Of a stretch of 64,000 nucleotides of DNA, positions 18,677-27,778 are shown one piece after another. The translations under genes were made by a program, and so were the position numbers. How positions within the stretch are numbered: position 1 is the first letter of the stretch; every line of letters starts with the position of its first letter. Below the pieces are notes generated by a model. It was not told where the DNA came from. It did not search any database and was given only the letters and a program-made list of their open reading frames with translations. This DNA comes from Acidobacteriota bacterium (GTDB lineage Bacteria; Acidobacteriota; Vicinamibacteria; Vicinamibacterales; CAVVIG01), in contig QHWB01000034.1 of assembly GCA_003222395.1 (NCBI GenBank), forward strand, positions 147,645-211,644, written 5' to 3'.

Positions 18677-18707
18677 ACGCGCGCGCCAGACCTCCGCTCC
18701 CTTCGTC

Positions 18708-20732
18708 ATGTGGTACTTCCGCAAGCTCCCGGACGGCCTGACGGTTCTGCAGACGCGCCCCGAGCACGCGCAGCAGCTCGAGGAGCTGCAGCGCACCTGC
18801 TTTCCAACGCTTGCGGATGCCGAGCGCTTCAAGGCGGCCCACTATCTGAAACACATCGATCTGTTTCCCGACGGACAGTTCGTCGTCCTCGACGGCGACC
18901 GCGTTGTCGGCGCGACGACGACGCTTCGACTGCATTTCGATTTCGACCACGTCGACCACACGTTCGCGGATCTGATTCAGGGAGGCTGGCTCTCGTCTCA
19001 CGAGCCCGGTGGCGACTGGCTGTACGGCGCCGACGTCGGCATCGATCCTTCTTATCGCCGCCGCGGTCTGGCGACGGCGCTCTACGCGGCGCGGCAGGAG
19101 ACCGTCTGGCGATTGCGGCTGAGAGGGCAGGTCACCGCCGGCATGATTCGCGACTATGGCGCCGTGAAGGATCGCATGTCCCCGGACGACTACTACAGAG
19201 GCGTCGTCGAGCGCCGACTCACCGACTCCACGCTCTCGATGCAGCTCGGCGTCGGCTTCGAGCCGCGAGCGCTGCTCGCCAACTACCTCAACGATCCGGT
19301 GTGCGACAACTACAGCGTGCTGCTCGTCCTCCCGGCCGAGCAAGAGGTGCGAGGCGCATCGCGGAAACACGCCATGTCCTACATCCGTTTGAACACGGAG
19401 ATTCCCGGATCACGCGCGCGCGATCTCATCGCCCGTCGAACGGCCGCCGCTCCGGCGGGTCTCGGCCGCGCGACCGACGTGGCCGTCGAGCGCGCCGATG
19501 GCGGCCTCGTCTTCGATGTGGACGGAAACACGCTCATCGATCTGGCCGGCGGCATCGGCATGCTGGCCGTCGGTCACTCGCCTGCAGAAGTGGTGAAGGC
19601 GATTCAGCAGCAGGCGGCGAAGTACATCCATCCCTGCGCGCTGGTCGCGACTTACGAGCCGTACGTGCAGCTCGCGGAGCTGCTGAACGAGATCACACCG
19701 GGCGCCTTCAGCAAGAAAACGATCCTGGCCAACAGCGGCGCCGAAGCGGTCGAGAACGCGGTCAAGCTCGCGCGCAAGTACACGGGCCGTCCTTCGGTGA
19801 TTTGCTTCGAGGGCGGCTATCACGGGCGGACGCTGCTGACGCTGAGCCTGACGAGCAAGTACAGCTTGTTCAAGAGCGGGTTCGGTCCGTTCGCGCCCGA
19901 GATCGTGCGCCTGCCCGTTCCGCACGTGTACCGCACGCCGCCGGGAATGACCGAGGACGCATACGTCGATTTCGGCATCCGCCAACTCGAGCACGCGTTC
20001 GTCGCGCAGGTGGATCCGAAAGCCGTCGCCGCCGTCATCATCGAGCCGGTCCAGGGCGAGGCGGGCTTCATTCCGGTGCCGCCGCGGTTTCTCGCGCGCA
20101 TCCGCGAGCTGTGCACCGAACACGGCATCGTGATGATCGCCGACGAAGTCCAATGCGGCATGGGGCGCACCGGCCGCCTATTCGCGATCGAACACTACGA
20201 CCTCGTTCCGGATCTCATCACGATCGCGAAGTCGCTGGGCGCAGGGATGCCAATCGCCGCGGCGACCGGTCGCGCCGAGATCATGGACGCGGCGCATCTC
20301 GGCGGCCTCGGCAGCACGTACGGCGGCAGCCCGATCGCCTGCGCGGCGGCGATCGAGGCGATCGGCATCATCCGCCGGCCCGAGTTCCTCGCGCACGCGC
20401 GCGCGCTCGGCGACGTGATGCGCGAGGTGATGAACGCGTGGACGATGAAATACCCGATCGTCGGAGACGTGCGCGGCCTCGGCCCGATGATGGTGGCCGA
20501 GTTCGTCGCCGACCGCAGATCGAAGAAGCCGGCGACGCCGGACGAAACGCTTCAGATCGTGCGCGAAGCAGTCGCCCGCGGCGTCATCCTGATGCGCGCG
20601 GGACTCTACAGCAACTGCGTCCGTTTCCTTCCGCCGCTGGTGATGCCCGAAGACATGCTGCGCGAAGGCCTCGAGGTCGTCGGCGGCGCCATCGAGGCCG
20701 TGTCGCTCCGCCACGCGGGCACGCCGGCATGA
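18708..20732 (+). CDS. Fusion protein: N-terminal GNAT N-acetyltransferase domain (~225 aa) plus a class-III aminotransferase
   Basis: One uninterrupted 674-codon frame. The GNAT acetyl-CoA motif 'YRRRGLATALYAAR' lies in the first third. From 'MSYIRLNTEIPGSRARDL' onward it parallels the upstream aminotransferase ('IADEVQCGMGRTG', 'LITIAKSLGAG'). Confidence 0.8.
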   Translation: MWYFRKLPDGLTVLQTRPEHAQQLEELQRTCFPTLADAERFKAAHYLKHIDLFPDGQFVVLDGDRVVGATTTLRLHFDFDHVDHTFADLIQGGWLSSHEPGGDWLYGADVGIDPSYRRRGLATALYAARQETVWRLRLRGQVTAGMIRDYGAVKDRMSPDDYYRGVVERRLTDSTLSMQLGVGFEPRALLANYLNDPVCDNYSVLLVLPAEQEVRGASRKHAMSYIRLNTEIPGSRARDLIARRTAAAPAGLGRATDVAVERADGGLVFDVDGNTLIDLAGGIGMLAVGHSPAEVVKAIQQQAAKYIHPCALVATYEPYVQLAELLNEITPGAFSKKTILANSGAEAVENAVKLARKYTGRPSVICFEGGYHGRTLLTLSLTSKYSLFKSGFGPFAPEIVRLPVPHVYRTPPGMTEDAYVDFGIRQLEHAFVAQVDPKAVAAVIIEPVQGEAGFIPVPPRFLARIRELCTEHGIVMIADEVQCGMGRTGRLFAIEHYDLVPDLITIAKSLGAGMPIAAATGRAEIMDAAHLGGLGSTYGGSPIACAAAIEAIGIIRRPEFLAHARALGDVMREVMNAWTMKYPIVGDVRGLGPMMVAEFVADRRSKKPATPDETLQIVREAVARGVILMRAGLYSNCVRFLPPLVMPEDMLREGLEVVGGAIEAVSLRHAGTPA

Positions 20733-22318
20733 GCGCTCAGCCCGCGGCCGATCTCGTTCTGTACAACGGCAACGTCATCACCCTCGGCCAGCCCGCGGTC
20801 GCGCGCGCGGTCGCCGTGCGCGGGGGCCGCATCGTCTGCGTCGGGCGCGCTGAAGACGTGCTGAACGGGGCCGGCGCGAAGGCGCACCGGATCGATCTCG
20901 GCGGCCGAACGCTCATCCCGGGGCTGAACGACGCGCACGCGCACATCTGGAAGATCGGCCAGCTGCTGACGACGATGCTCGATTTGCGGCGCGTCGGCAG
21001 CATGGAGGAGTTGGTGTCGCGCGTCGCGGCGCACGGTTGCGCGCTGCCGCCGGGCGCGTGGCTGCTCGGGCGCGGCTACAACGAGGCGGCGATGCGCGAA
21101 CGGCGGATGCCGACGCGCGCCGATCTCGATCGCGCCGACCCGAATCGACCAATCGTCCTCACACGCACCTGCGGTCATATCTGCGCCCTCAACAGCGCGG
21201 CGATGAGCCGCGCCCGCATCGACGCGGCCACGGACACGCCGGAGGGCGGCGTGATCGATCGCGACGATCGCGGCGAGCCGACCGGCGTGCTGCGCGAAAC
21301 GGCGATAGGCCTGATCAACCGCGCGATGCCCGCGCCGGAACGCGGCGAGTACGAGCGAATGATCGTCGCCGCGCTTGACCATCAGCTGTCGCTCGGCATC
21401 ACCTCGTCCGCGGACTGCGGCGTGCGGCCGCAGCTCGTCGACGTGTATCGCGCGATGGACGCGAAAGGCGCGCTGCCATCGCGAGTGAACGTCATGCCGC
21501 TCCGGCGCGTCGACGGCGTAGCGTCTGCGGTGCCGCTGCCGGAGCGATTCGTCTCCGATCGGCTGCGCGTCGACACCGTGAAGTTCCTTGCGGACGGCGG
21601 GCTGAGCGGCGCGACGGCGGCGCTGAGCATGCCGTACCGCCACACCCATTCCAGCGGCGTGCTGCGATTCGCGAACGGCGAGCTCCACGAGCTGTGCGCG
21701 GAGTCGCATCGCGCGGGCTGGCGGATTGCGACGCACGCAATCGGCGACGTCGCAATCGATCAGGTGCTCGACGTGTACGAACGGCTCGGCACCCATCCGC
21801 GCCGGATCGCCCACCGCATCGAGCACTTCGGGCTGCCCGATGCGCGGCAGCTCACGCGTGCGAAGGCGCTCGGCGTGATCGCCGCGCCGCAAGCCATCTT
21901 CATCCACGAACTCGGGCGGAATTTTCGCCAGTACCTGCCCGACGCGCTGCTCCCGCGCGCCTATCCGATTCGCGCGATGATCGATGCCGGCATCCCGGTG
22001 GCGCTGTCGTCGGACGCGCCGGTCGTCGAAGACGACAACCCGCTCGCCGGAATGATGGCGGCGGTGACGCGCATCGACGGCGACGGAGAGCTGATCGCGC
22101 CGTCGCAGGCGATTACGACGCGCGAAGCGCTGTACGGATACACGATGGGCGGCGCCATCGCGACCGGAGACGAAGCCAACCGCGGCAGCATCGACGTCGG
22201 GAAGTGGGCCGACTTTGCGGTGCTTTCCGGCAACCCGCTCGCCGAGTCACCCGGAGCGCTCACGCGCCTGACGGTCGAGATGTCACTGGTCGGCGGCCGC
22301 GTGGTCTTCGAACGATGA
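20729..22318 (+). CDS. Amidohydrolase-3 family (YtcJ-like) metallohydrolase
   Basis: Real start is ATG 20729 (ATGA overlap with the previous stop). '[13 protein letters not shown]', '[11 protein letters not shown]', 'IATHAIGD'. Only the last 529 codons of ORF 18710..22318 are coding. Confidence 0.8.
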   Translation: MSAQPAADLVLYNGNVITLGQPAVARAVAVRGGRIVCVGRAEDVLNGAGAKAHRIDLGGRTLIPGLNDAHAHIWKIGQLLTTMLDLRRVGSMEELVSRVAAHGCALPPGAWLLGRGYNEAAMRERRMPTRADLDRADPNRPIVLTRTCGHICALNSAAMSRARIDAATDTPEGGVIDRDDRGEPTGVLRETAIGLINRAMPAPERGEYERMIVAALDHQLSLGITSSADCGVRPQLVDVYRAMDAKGALPSRVNVMPLRRVDGVASAVPLPERFVSDRLRVDTVKFLADGGLSGATAALSMPYRHTHSSGVLRFANGELHELCAESHRAGWRIATHAIGDVAIDQVLDVYERLGTHPRRIAHRIEHFGLPDARQLTRAKALGVIAAPQAIFIHELGRNFRQYLPDALLPRAYPIRAMIDAGIPVALSSDAPVVEDDNPLAGMMAAVTRIDGDGELIAPSQAITTREALYGYTMGGAIATGDEANRGSIDVGKWADFAVLSGNPLAESPGALTRLTVEMSLVGGRVVFER

Positions 22319-23679
22319 GCGTGCAGCAGCCGCTCGACATCCCGCGGACGCTCGGCCGGCGGGACCTCGTCCTGCTGAAGATCGTCGCGATCGTCAACAT
22401 TAATAATGTCCCTCCCGTTGCCGTCTACGGCTGGGCATCCCTGGGACTGTGGATGCTCGCGTTCATCACCTTCTTCGTGCCGGAAGCGATTGCCGTGCTG
22501 ACGTTGTCGCGCCGCTATCCGGGAGAGGGCGGGATCTACCTCTGGACGCGCAAAGAGTTCGGCGAAGCGCACGGGTTCCTGTCGGGCTGGTGCTATTGGA
22601 CCAACAATCTGTTTTACGTGCCGGTGCTGCTCGTCTACATGACGGGCGTCTTTGCGTTTGCCGGCGGCGAGGCGCGGGCGGCCGCTCTCGTCAATCAGCG
22701 ATCGTTCGTCGCGGTCGTGTCGTTCGCGTGGCTCGCCGTCATCGCCGTGGCGAACATCCGCGGCCTCGCGGTCGGCAAATGGATTCAGAACGTTGGCGGC
22801 TTCAGCGCGTTTCTGAGCGTCGGACTCGTGCTCGCGGCCGCGGCGGTGATCGGATTCAGCGGCGCGGGCGCCGAGGCGCCTGCGATCGCGCACGCGACGT
22901 GGGAGATGACGACGAGCTTCGCCGTCATGTGCAACGCGCTGGTCGGCATCGAGCTGGCGTCGACGATGGGCGACGAGATCCGCGATCCGGAACATGACCT
23001 GAAGCCTGCCATCGCGACGGCGGGCGTCGTGTCGATCGCCTCGTACCTTCTCGTCACGGGCGCGGTTCTGACGCTCGTGCCGGTCGAGCGCGTCGGCGTG
23101 ATACAAGGCGTGATGCAGGCTGTCGCGGCCGGCGCCGACGCCGCGCGGCAGCGATGGATGATCGCGCCGCTCGCGATCGTGATGGGTCTCGCGACGGGGG
23201 GCGCTGCTTCGGCCTGGTTCGCCGGATCGTCGCGCATCCCGTTCGTCGCCGGCCTGACGAGTGCGCTGCCGCCGGCGCTCGGACGCATCCACCCGCGCTG
23301 GCACTCGCCGCACATCGCCTTGACGGCGTGCGCGCTGATGGCTGGCCTGTTCACGGCGTTTTCGCTGACGGGATCGACCGTCAACGAGGCGTATCAGGTG
23401 CTGTTGAAGGCGGCGGTGGTCATTCAGCTGATTCCGTTCACTTATCTCTTCCTTGCGCTTGCCAGACTCGCCGGGGTGGGCATCTTGTCGCGCGCCGCCG
23501 GCTTCGTCGGCCTCGGCGCCACCATCGTCGGCCTCGGCGCCGCGTTCCTGCCGACCGCGGACGTATCGAGCGTCGTCCTGTTCGAGACGAAAATGATCCT
23601 CGGCGTCATCGGACCGACCGCGATCGGATGGTTTCTGTTCAAGCGGGCACAGCGCGATCAGGCTGAGGTTCCAGCATGA
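22315..23679 (+). CDS. APC-superfamily amino acid/polyamine permease
   Basis: ATG 22315 (ATGA overlap). About 12 hydrophobic segments. The N-terminal 'RTLGRRDLVLLKIVAIVNINN' is typical of APC permeases. Confidence 0.85.
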   Translation: MSVQQPLDIPRTLGRRDLVLLKIVAIVNINNVPPVAVYGWASLGLWMLAFITFFVPEAIAVLTLSRRYPGEGGIYLWTRKEFGEAHGFLSGWCYWTNNLFYVPVLLVYMTGVFAFAGGEARAAALVNQRSFVAVVSFAWLAVIAVANIRGLAVGKWIQNVGGFSAFLSVGLVLAAAAVIGFSGAGAEAPAIAHATWEMTTSFAVMCNALVGIELASTMGDEIRDPEHDLKPAIATAGVVSIASYLLVTGAVLTLVPVERVGVIQGVMQAVAAGADAARQRWMIAPLAIVMGLATGGAASAWFAGSSRIPFVAGLTSALPPALGRIHPRWHSPHIALTACALMAGLFTAFSLTGSTVNEAYQVLLKAAVVIQLIPFTYLFLALARLAGVGILSRAAGFVGLGATIVGLGAAFLPTADVSSVVLFETKMILGVIGPTAIGWFLFKRAQRDQAEVPA

Positions 23680-25643
23680 CGAGCGACAAAGATCTCGGAA
23701 TGCATCGGGCGATCACGCGCCGCGATTTTCTCAACGGGGTCGCGATCGGCGTCGGCGGCGCAATCGCCGGCCGCGCGCTGCCGGAGATTTCCTGGCTCGC
23801 CGCGACGGGGATCACTCAGGATGCTCCGGGCTACTATCCGCCGGCGCTGACCGGCATGCGCGGCAGTCACGACGGCTCGTTCGAGGTCTCGCACGCGCTG
23901 CGCGACGGCCGGTTCCGACCGACCGGACAATCTGTTGCGACGGGTGAAACCTACGATCTCGTCGTCGCCGGCGGCGGCATCAGCGGCCTGTCGGCGGCGT
24001 ACTTCTATCGCGCGCGGGTCCCGTCCGCGCGAATCCTGATTCTCGACAACCACGACGACTTCGGCGGACACGCGAAGCGCAATGAATTTCGTCCCGGCGG
24101 CCGGTTGTGGATCGCCAACGGCGGCACCGCGGGCATCGAGTCGCCGTTTCCGTACAGCAAGGAAGCGCACGAACTGATGGCCGCGCTCGGCATCGATCCG
24201 GTCGCGCTCTCCGCGGAAGCGGGTCGCGCTGCCGATCGATCCGTCTTTCAGGGACTGCAGGCTGCGACGTTCTTCGATCGCGAGACGTTCGGCGTCGATC
24301 GGCTCGTGGTCGGCACGCCTGGCGGCGGCCGCGGCCGGGGTCGCGGCGCCGCACCGGGAGAGACGTGGGAAGCGTTTCTCGCGAAGACGCCGCTTTCGTC
24401 CGAGGCGCAGCGCGACATCGCGCGGCTCGAGACCGCGGCGGTGGACTACATGCCCGACCTCTCGAACGACGAGAAGAAAGATCGTCTGTCGAGAATGAGC
24501 TACAAGGATTTCCTGCTGAACGTCGTGAAGGTGCACCCCGACGTGATTCCGTTCTACCAGGTGCGGACGCACGGGTTGTATGGAATCGGCATCGATGCCG
24601 TCGGCGCGCTCGAGTGCTGGGCCTACCACTATCCCGGGTTCGAGGGGATGAGGCTCGATCCGAAAGCGACCGGCAGAATGAGCTTCACCGCGCGCGGCGA
24701 TGCGACGCCGAAGCCGGCGTACAACTTTCATTTTCCGGACGGCAACGCGTCGATCGCGCGGCTGCTCGTGCGCGCGCTGATTCCGTCGGCGCTGCCGGGG
24801 CACGCGGCGCAGGACAGCGTGCTCGCGAAGGTCGATTACAGCACGCTCGATCGGCCGGAGACGCCGGTTCGCATTCGATTGAACAGCACGGTCGTGCGCG
24901 TGAAGCACGTCGGGTCGCCGGCGTCGGCGAGCGAAGTCGACGTGGAGTACGGCCGCGACAGGAAGGCCTATACGGTTCGCGCCAAACGGGTCGTGCTCGC
25001 CTGCTGGAACGGCATGATCCCGTATCTCTGTCCGGAGCTTCCGGACAAGCAGAAAGAGGCGCTGAAGTACGGCGTGAAGGTGCCGCTGGTTTACACGAGC
25101 GTCTCGCTGCGGAACTGGACCGCGTTCCACGAGCTGGGCATCAACGGCGCCGCCACGCCGGGCATGTATCACACCGGCGTGCGCCTCGAGGTGCCGACCG
25201 TCATCGGCGGCTACGATCCGACGCCGAAGTCGCCGGACGATCCGATCCTCGTCCGCATGACGCGGACGCCGTGCAAGCCGGGGTTGCCGGCCCGCGATCA
25301 GCACCGGGCAGGACACGTCGATCTGCTCACGACGACGTTCCAGACCTTCGAGCGCAGGATTCGCGATCAGCTCGCGCGCGTGCTGAAGGACGGCGGGTTC
25401 GATCCGGCGCGCGACATCGACGCGATCACCGTCAACCGCTGGCCGCACGGCTACGCGTACGAATACAACCCGCTGTGGGACGCCGACTTTCCGTCCGGCC
25501 AGGCGCCGTGCGAGATCGGCCGCAAACCGTTCGGGCGCATCGCGATTGCGAACTCTGACGCGGCAGCTGCGGCGTACACCGATCAGGCGATGGATCAGGC
25601 GTATCGCGCGGTGAACGAGCTGATGGGCGTGAAGAGAACGTAA
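23676..25643 (+). CDS. Tat-exported FAD/NAD(P)-binding amine oxidoreductase (spermidine dehydrogenase SpdH-like)
   Basis: Twin-arginine motif 'ITRRDFLNGV'; dinucleotide fold 'YDLVVAGGGISGLSAAYF'; 'LDNHDDFGGHAKRNEF'. ATGA overlap with the permease gene. The SpdH-like assignment is from memory of that family. Confidence 0.65.
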   Translation: MTSDKDLGMHRAITRRDFLNGVAIGVGGAIAGRALPEISWLAATGITQDAPGYYPPALTGMRGSHDGSFEVSHALRDGRFRPTGQSVATGETYDLVVAGGGISGLSAAYFYRARVPSARILILDNHDDFGGHAKRNEFRPGGRLWIANGGTAGIESPFPYSKEAHELMAALGIDPVALSAEAGRAADRSVFQGLQAATFFDRETFGVDRLVVGTPGGGRGRGRGAAPGETWEAFLAKTPLSSEAQRDIARLETAAVDYMPDLSNDEKKDRLSRMSYKDFLLNVVKVHPDVIPFYQVRTHGLYGIGIDAVGALECWAYHYPGFEGMRLDPKATGRMSFTARGDATPKPAYNFHFPDGNASIARLLVRALIPSALPGHAAQDSVLAKVDYSTLDRPETPVRIRLNSTVVRVKHVGSPASASEVDVEYGRDRKAYTVRAKRVVLACWNGMIPYLCPELPDKQKEALKYGVKVPLVYTSVSLRNWTAFHELGINGAATPGMYHTGVRLEVPTVIGGYDPTPKSPDDPILVRMTRTPCKPGLPARDQHRAGHVDLLTTTFQTFERRIRDQLARVLKDGGFDPARDIDAITVNRWPHGYAYEYNPLWDADFPSGQAPCEIGRKPFGRIAIANSDAAAAAYTDQAMDQAYRAVNELMGVKRT

Positions 25644-25730
25644 AGCGCGTTGCCTGAATCGGCCCGAACGATTTTGGTGCGTTCGTGTCTCGCCGCCTGG
25701 TTGGAAGGCATGCTCGCGCTGCACGAGCGA

Positions 25731-27767
25731 TTATTTATCTGGCACGCCTCCGCTCGATGATGTCTGCTTCGCGTCTGAGAGCGTCAGCGCGATGAGCTCC
25801 GCCGGATGATCCTTCGCGCCGATCGGGACGACGATGAACTGCTTGCCTTTGTGCATGTAGGTCATCGGCGCGCCGGTCGTGCCGGACGGCAGCTCCATTT
25901 CCCACACGACCTTACCCGTCGCCTTGTCGTACGCGCGGAACTTCTTTCCCCACCCCCACGAAACCTGCGGCGTGCCGATGACGGCGTCGCTGCCTTCGCC
26001 GATGAACAGCAGCGTCTTCGTGACGAGCGGCGCCGGGCGGTTCGGGACGCCGAGCGGCGGAAGATGCAAATCCTTCAGCAGCGGATGCTCGCGCGGGCCG
26101 TCGCCGTTGGCGACCATCCACACTTGTTCGCCCGAGTTCAGGTCGAACGCGGTGATGCGGCCATATGGCGGTTTCACGATCGGCAATCCCTTGACCTGCG
26201 GTCCGAGTCCTTGAACGAAATCGGGCGCGTTGTTCTGCTGCGGATTGCCGGAAGGTCCCGCGTAGTCCATCGTCGCGCCTGCATTTCCCTTCGTGCTGGC
26301 GACGGCGCGGATGCCGGGAAGCGTGAGCGACACCGCGTAGTACATCCCGGTCTCGGGATCGAACGCGCCGGTGTGCCAGTTGCCGGCGCCCCACGCGCCC
26401 GGAATCGTGAAGGTGCCTTTCTTGCCGCCGGCGTCAGTGCTGCGGATCGAAGGCGGCGTATAGAGCGGACCGAGCACGAACGCTTTCGCGTAGTCGAGCG
26501 CCGCCTCGCGCAGCTCCGGCGTGAAATCGATCAGATCGTCTTCGCTGATGCCCTGCCGATCGAAGGGCGGCGGCTTGGTGGGAAACGGCTGCGTCGGCGA
26601 CGCCTGCTCGCCCGGCACGCTCGACGCCGGCACCGGCCGCTCGACGATCGGCCAGACCGGATCGCCGGTGACGCGATTGAGCACGTACAGGAATCCATTC
26701 TTGTTCGGCTGCATCACCGCCTTGATCTTCTTTCCGTTGACGGTGATGTCGCCGAGGATCGCCGGGCCGACGTTGTCGTACTCCCACAGATCGTGATGAA
26801 TCATCTGGAAGTGCCACACTCGTCGTCCGGTCTTCGCGTCGAGCGCGACGAGCGCGTCGGAGTACAAGTTCGCGCCAGGACGCCATCCGCCGTACGCCGC
26901 GGCAGTCGGTGCGGTGAGAGGAATGTAGGCGTATCCGAGCTGCTCGTCGGCCGACATCGGGTTCCACGCGCCGATGTCGCCGGCCACCTTCCACGACTCG
27001 TTGCCCCAGCTGTCGCTCCCGAACTCGGCGCCCTGCGGCACGACGTGGAACGTCCACAGCAGCTTGCCGCTGCGCGCGTCGAACCCCCGGACGTTCTCTG
27101 GCGCCGCCTCCTTCTTGTCGCCGCCGTCGCCCGCGCCCGCCGTGTTGCCGGTCACGACGACGACGCTGCCGACGACGAGCGGTCCGGTGCTGTCGTTGAA
27201 CTTCGCGGCGAGCGGCTGGTTCTCCTCGAAGTGCAGGCTCGCGCGCCCGTGATCGCCGAAATCGGCGTACGGCTTTCCGGTCTTCGCGTTCAGCGCATAC
27301 AGATATTCGCCGCGAATCACGAAGATCCGGTGATCGGATCCGCCCCGCCAGTAATCGACGCCGCGGGTACTCTGGCCCTGGAGCTCCTCCTGCGTCCGCG
27401 CGAACGGCTCCTGCTGCCACACCGTCTCGCCCGATCCGGCGTCGAACGCGCTGACGAACCCGTGGACGTCCTGCGTGTAGAGCGTCCCGTCGACCACGAT
27501 CGGCGTGGATCGCAGATACGCGTTGACGCGCAGCTCCGGAAACGCTTCCTTGAAGCTGGTGTTCGTCGCCGGCCGGCGCCACGCGATGCGCAGGTTCTTC
27601 ACGTTGTCGCGCGTGATTTGATCGGCGGGCGAGTAGCGCGTGAACGCCTTGTCGCCGCCGAAGTATCGCCACTCGATCGTGCGGCCCTGCGAATGAACGG
27701 CGAGCGTCGCGGCGCCGAGAAGGCCGACGATCAGCTGCGCGCGAATCGGTAGCGTGAGGCGAACCAC
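25731..27767 (-). CDS. Secreted PQQ-dependent dehydrogenase (quinoprotein glucose/alcohol dehydrogenase-type beta-propeller)
   Basis: N-terminus 'EWRYFGGDKAFTRYSPADQITRDNVKNLRIAWRR' is the classic start of quinoprotein dehydrogenases. Repeated W-containing propeller motifs and a signal peptide are present. Confidence 0.8.
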   Translation of the reverse strand: MVRLTLPIRAQLIVGLLGAATLAVHSQGRTIEWRYFGGDKAFTRYSPADQITRDNVKNLRIAWRRPATNTSFKEAFPELRVNAYLRSTPIVVDGTLYTQDVHGFVSAFDAGSGETVWQQEPFARTQEELQGQSTRGVDYWRGGSDHRIFVIRGEYLYALNAKTGKPYADFGDHGRASLHFEENQPLAAKFNDSTGPLVVGSVVVVTGNTAGAGDGGDKKEAAPENVRGFDARSGKLLWTFHVVPQGAEFGSDSWGNESWKVAGDIGAWNPMSADEQLGYAYIPLTAPTAAAYGGWRPGANLYSDALVALDAKTGRRVWHFQMIHHDLWEYDNVGPAILGDITVNGKKIKAVMQPNKNGFLYVLNRVTGDPVWPIVERPVPASSVPGEQASPTQPFPTKPPPFDRQGISEDDLIDFTPELREAALDYAKAFVLGPLYTPPSIRSTDAGGKKGTFTIPGAWGAGNWHTGAFDPETGMYYAVSLTLPGIRAVASTKGNAGATMDYAGPSGNPQQNNAPDFVQGLGPQVKGLPIVKPPYGRITAFDLNSGEQVWMVANGDGPREHPLLKDLHLPPLGVPNRPAPLVTKTLLFIGEGSDAVIGTPQVSWGWGKKFRAYDKATGKVVWEMELPSGTTGAPMTYMHKGKQFIVVPIGAKDHPAELIALTLSDAKQTSSSGGVPDK

Positions 27768-27778
27768 GAGATTCCTCC

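Noticed and set aside
18710-22318. 1202-aa plus-strand ORF
   Set aside because: Its first ~670 codons are the +2 frame of the GNAT-aminotransferase gene and translate to Arg-rich nonsense. The real gene starts at ATG 20729 (amidohydrolase). The same reasoning applies to 4934-7642, 21694-23679, 42014-44374, 44533-45942, 54341-57544 and 59711-61018, where I used internal starts.
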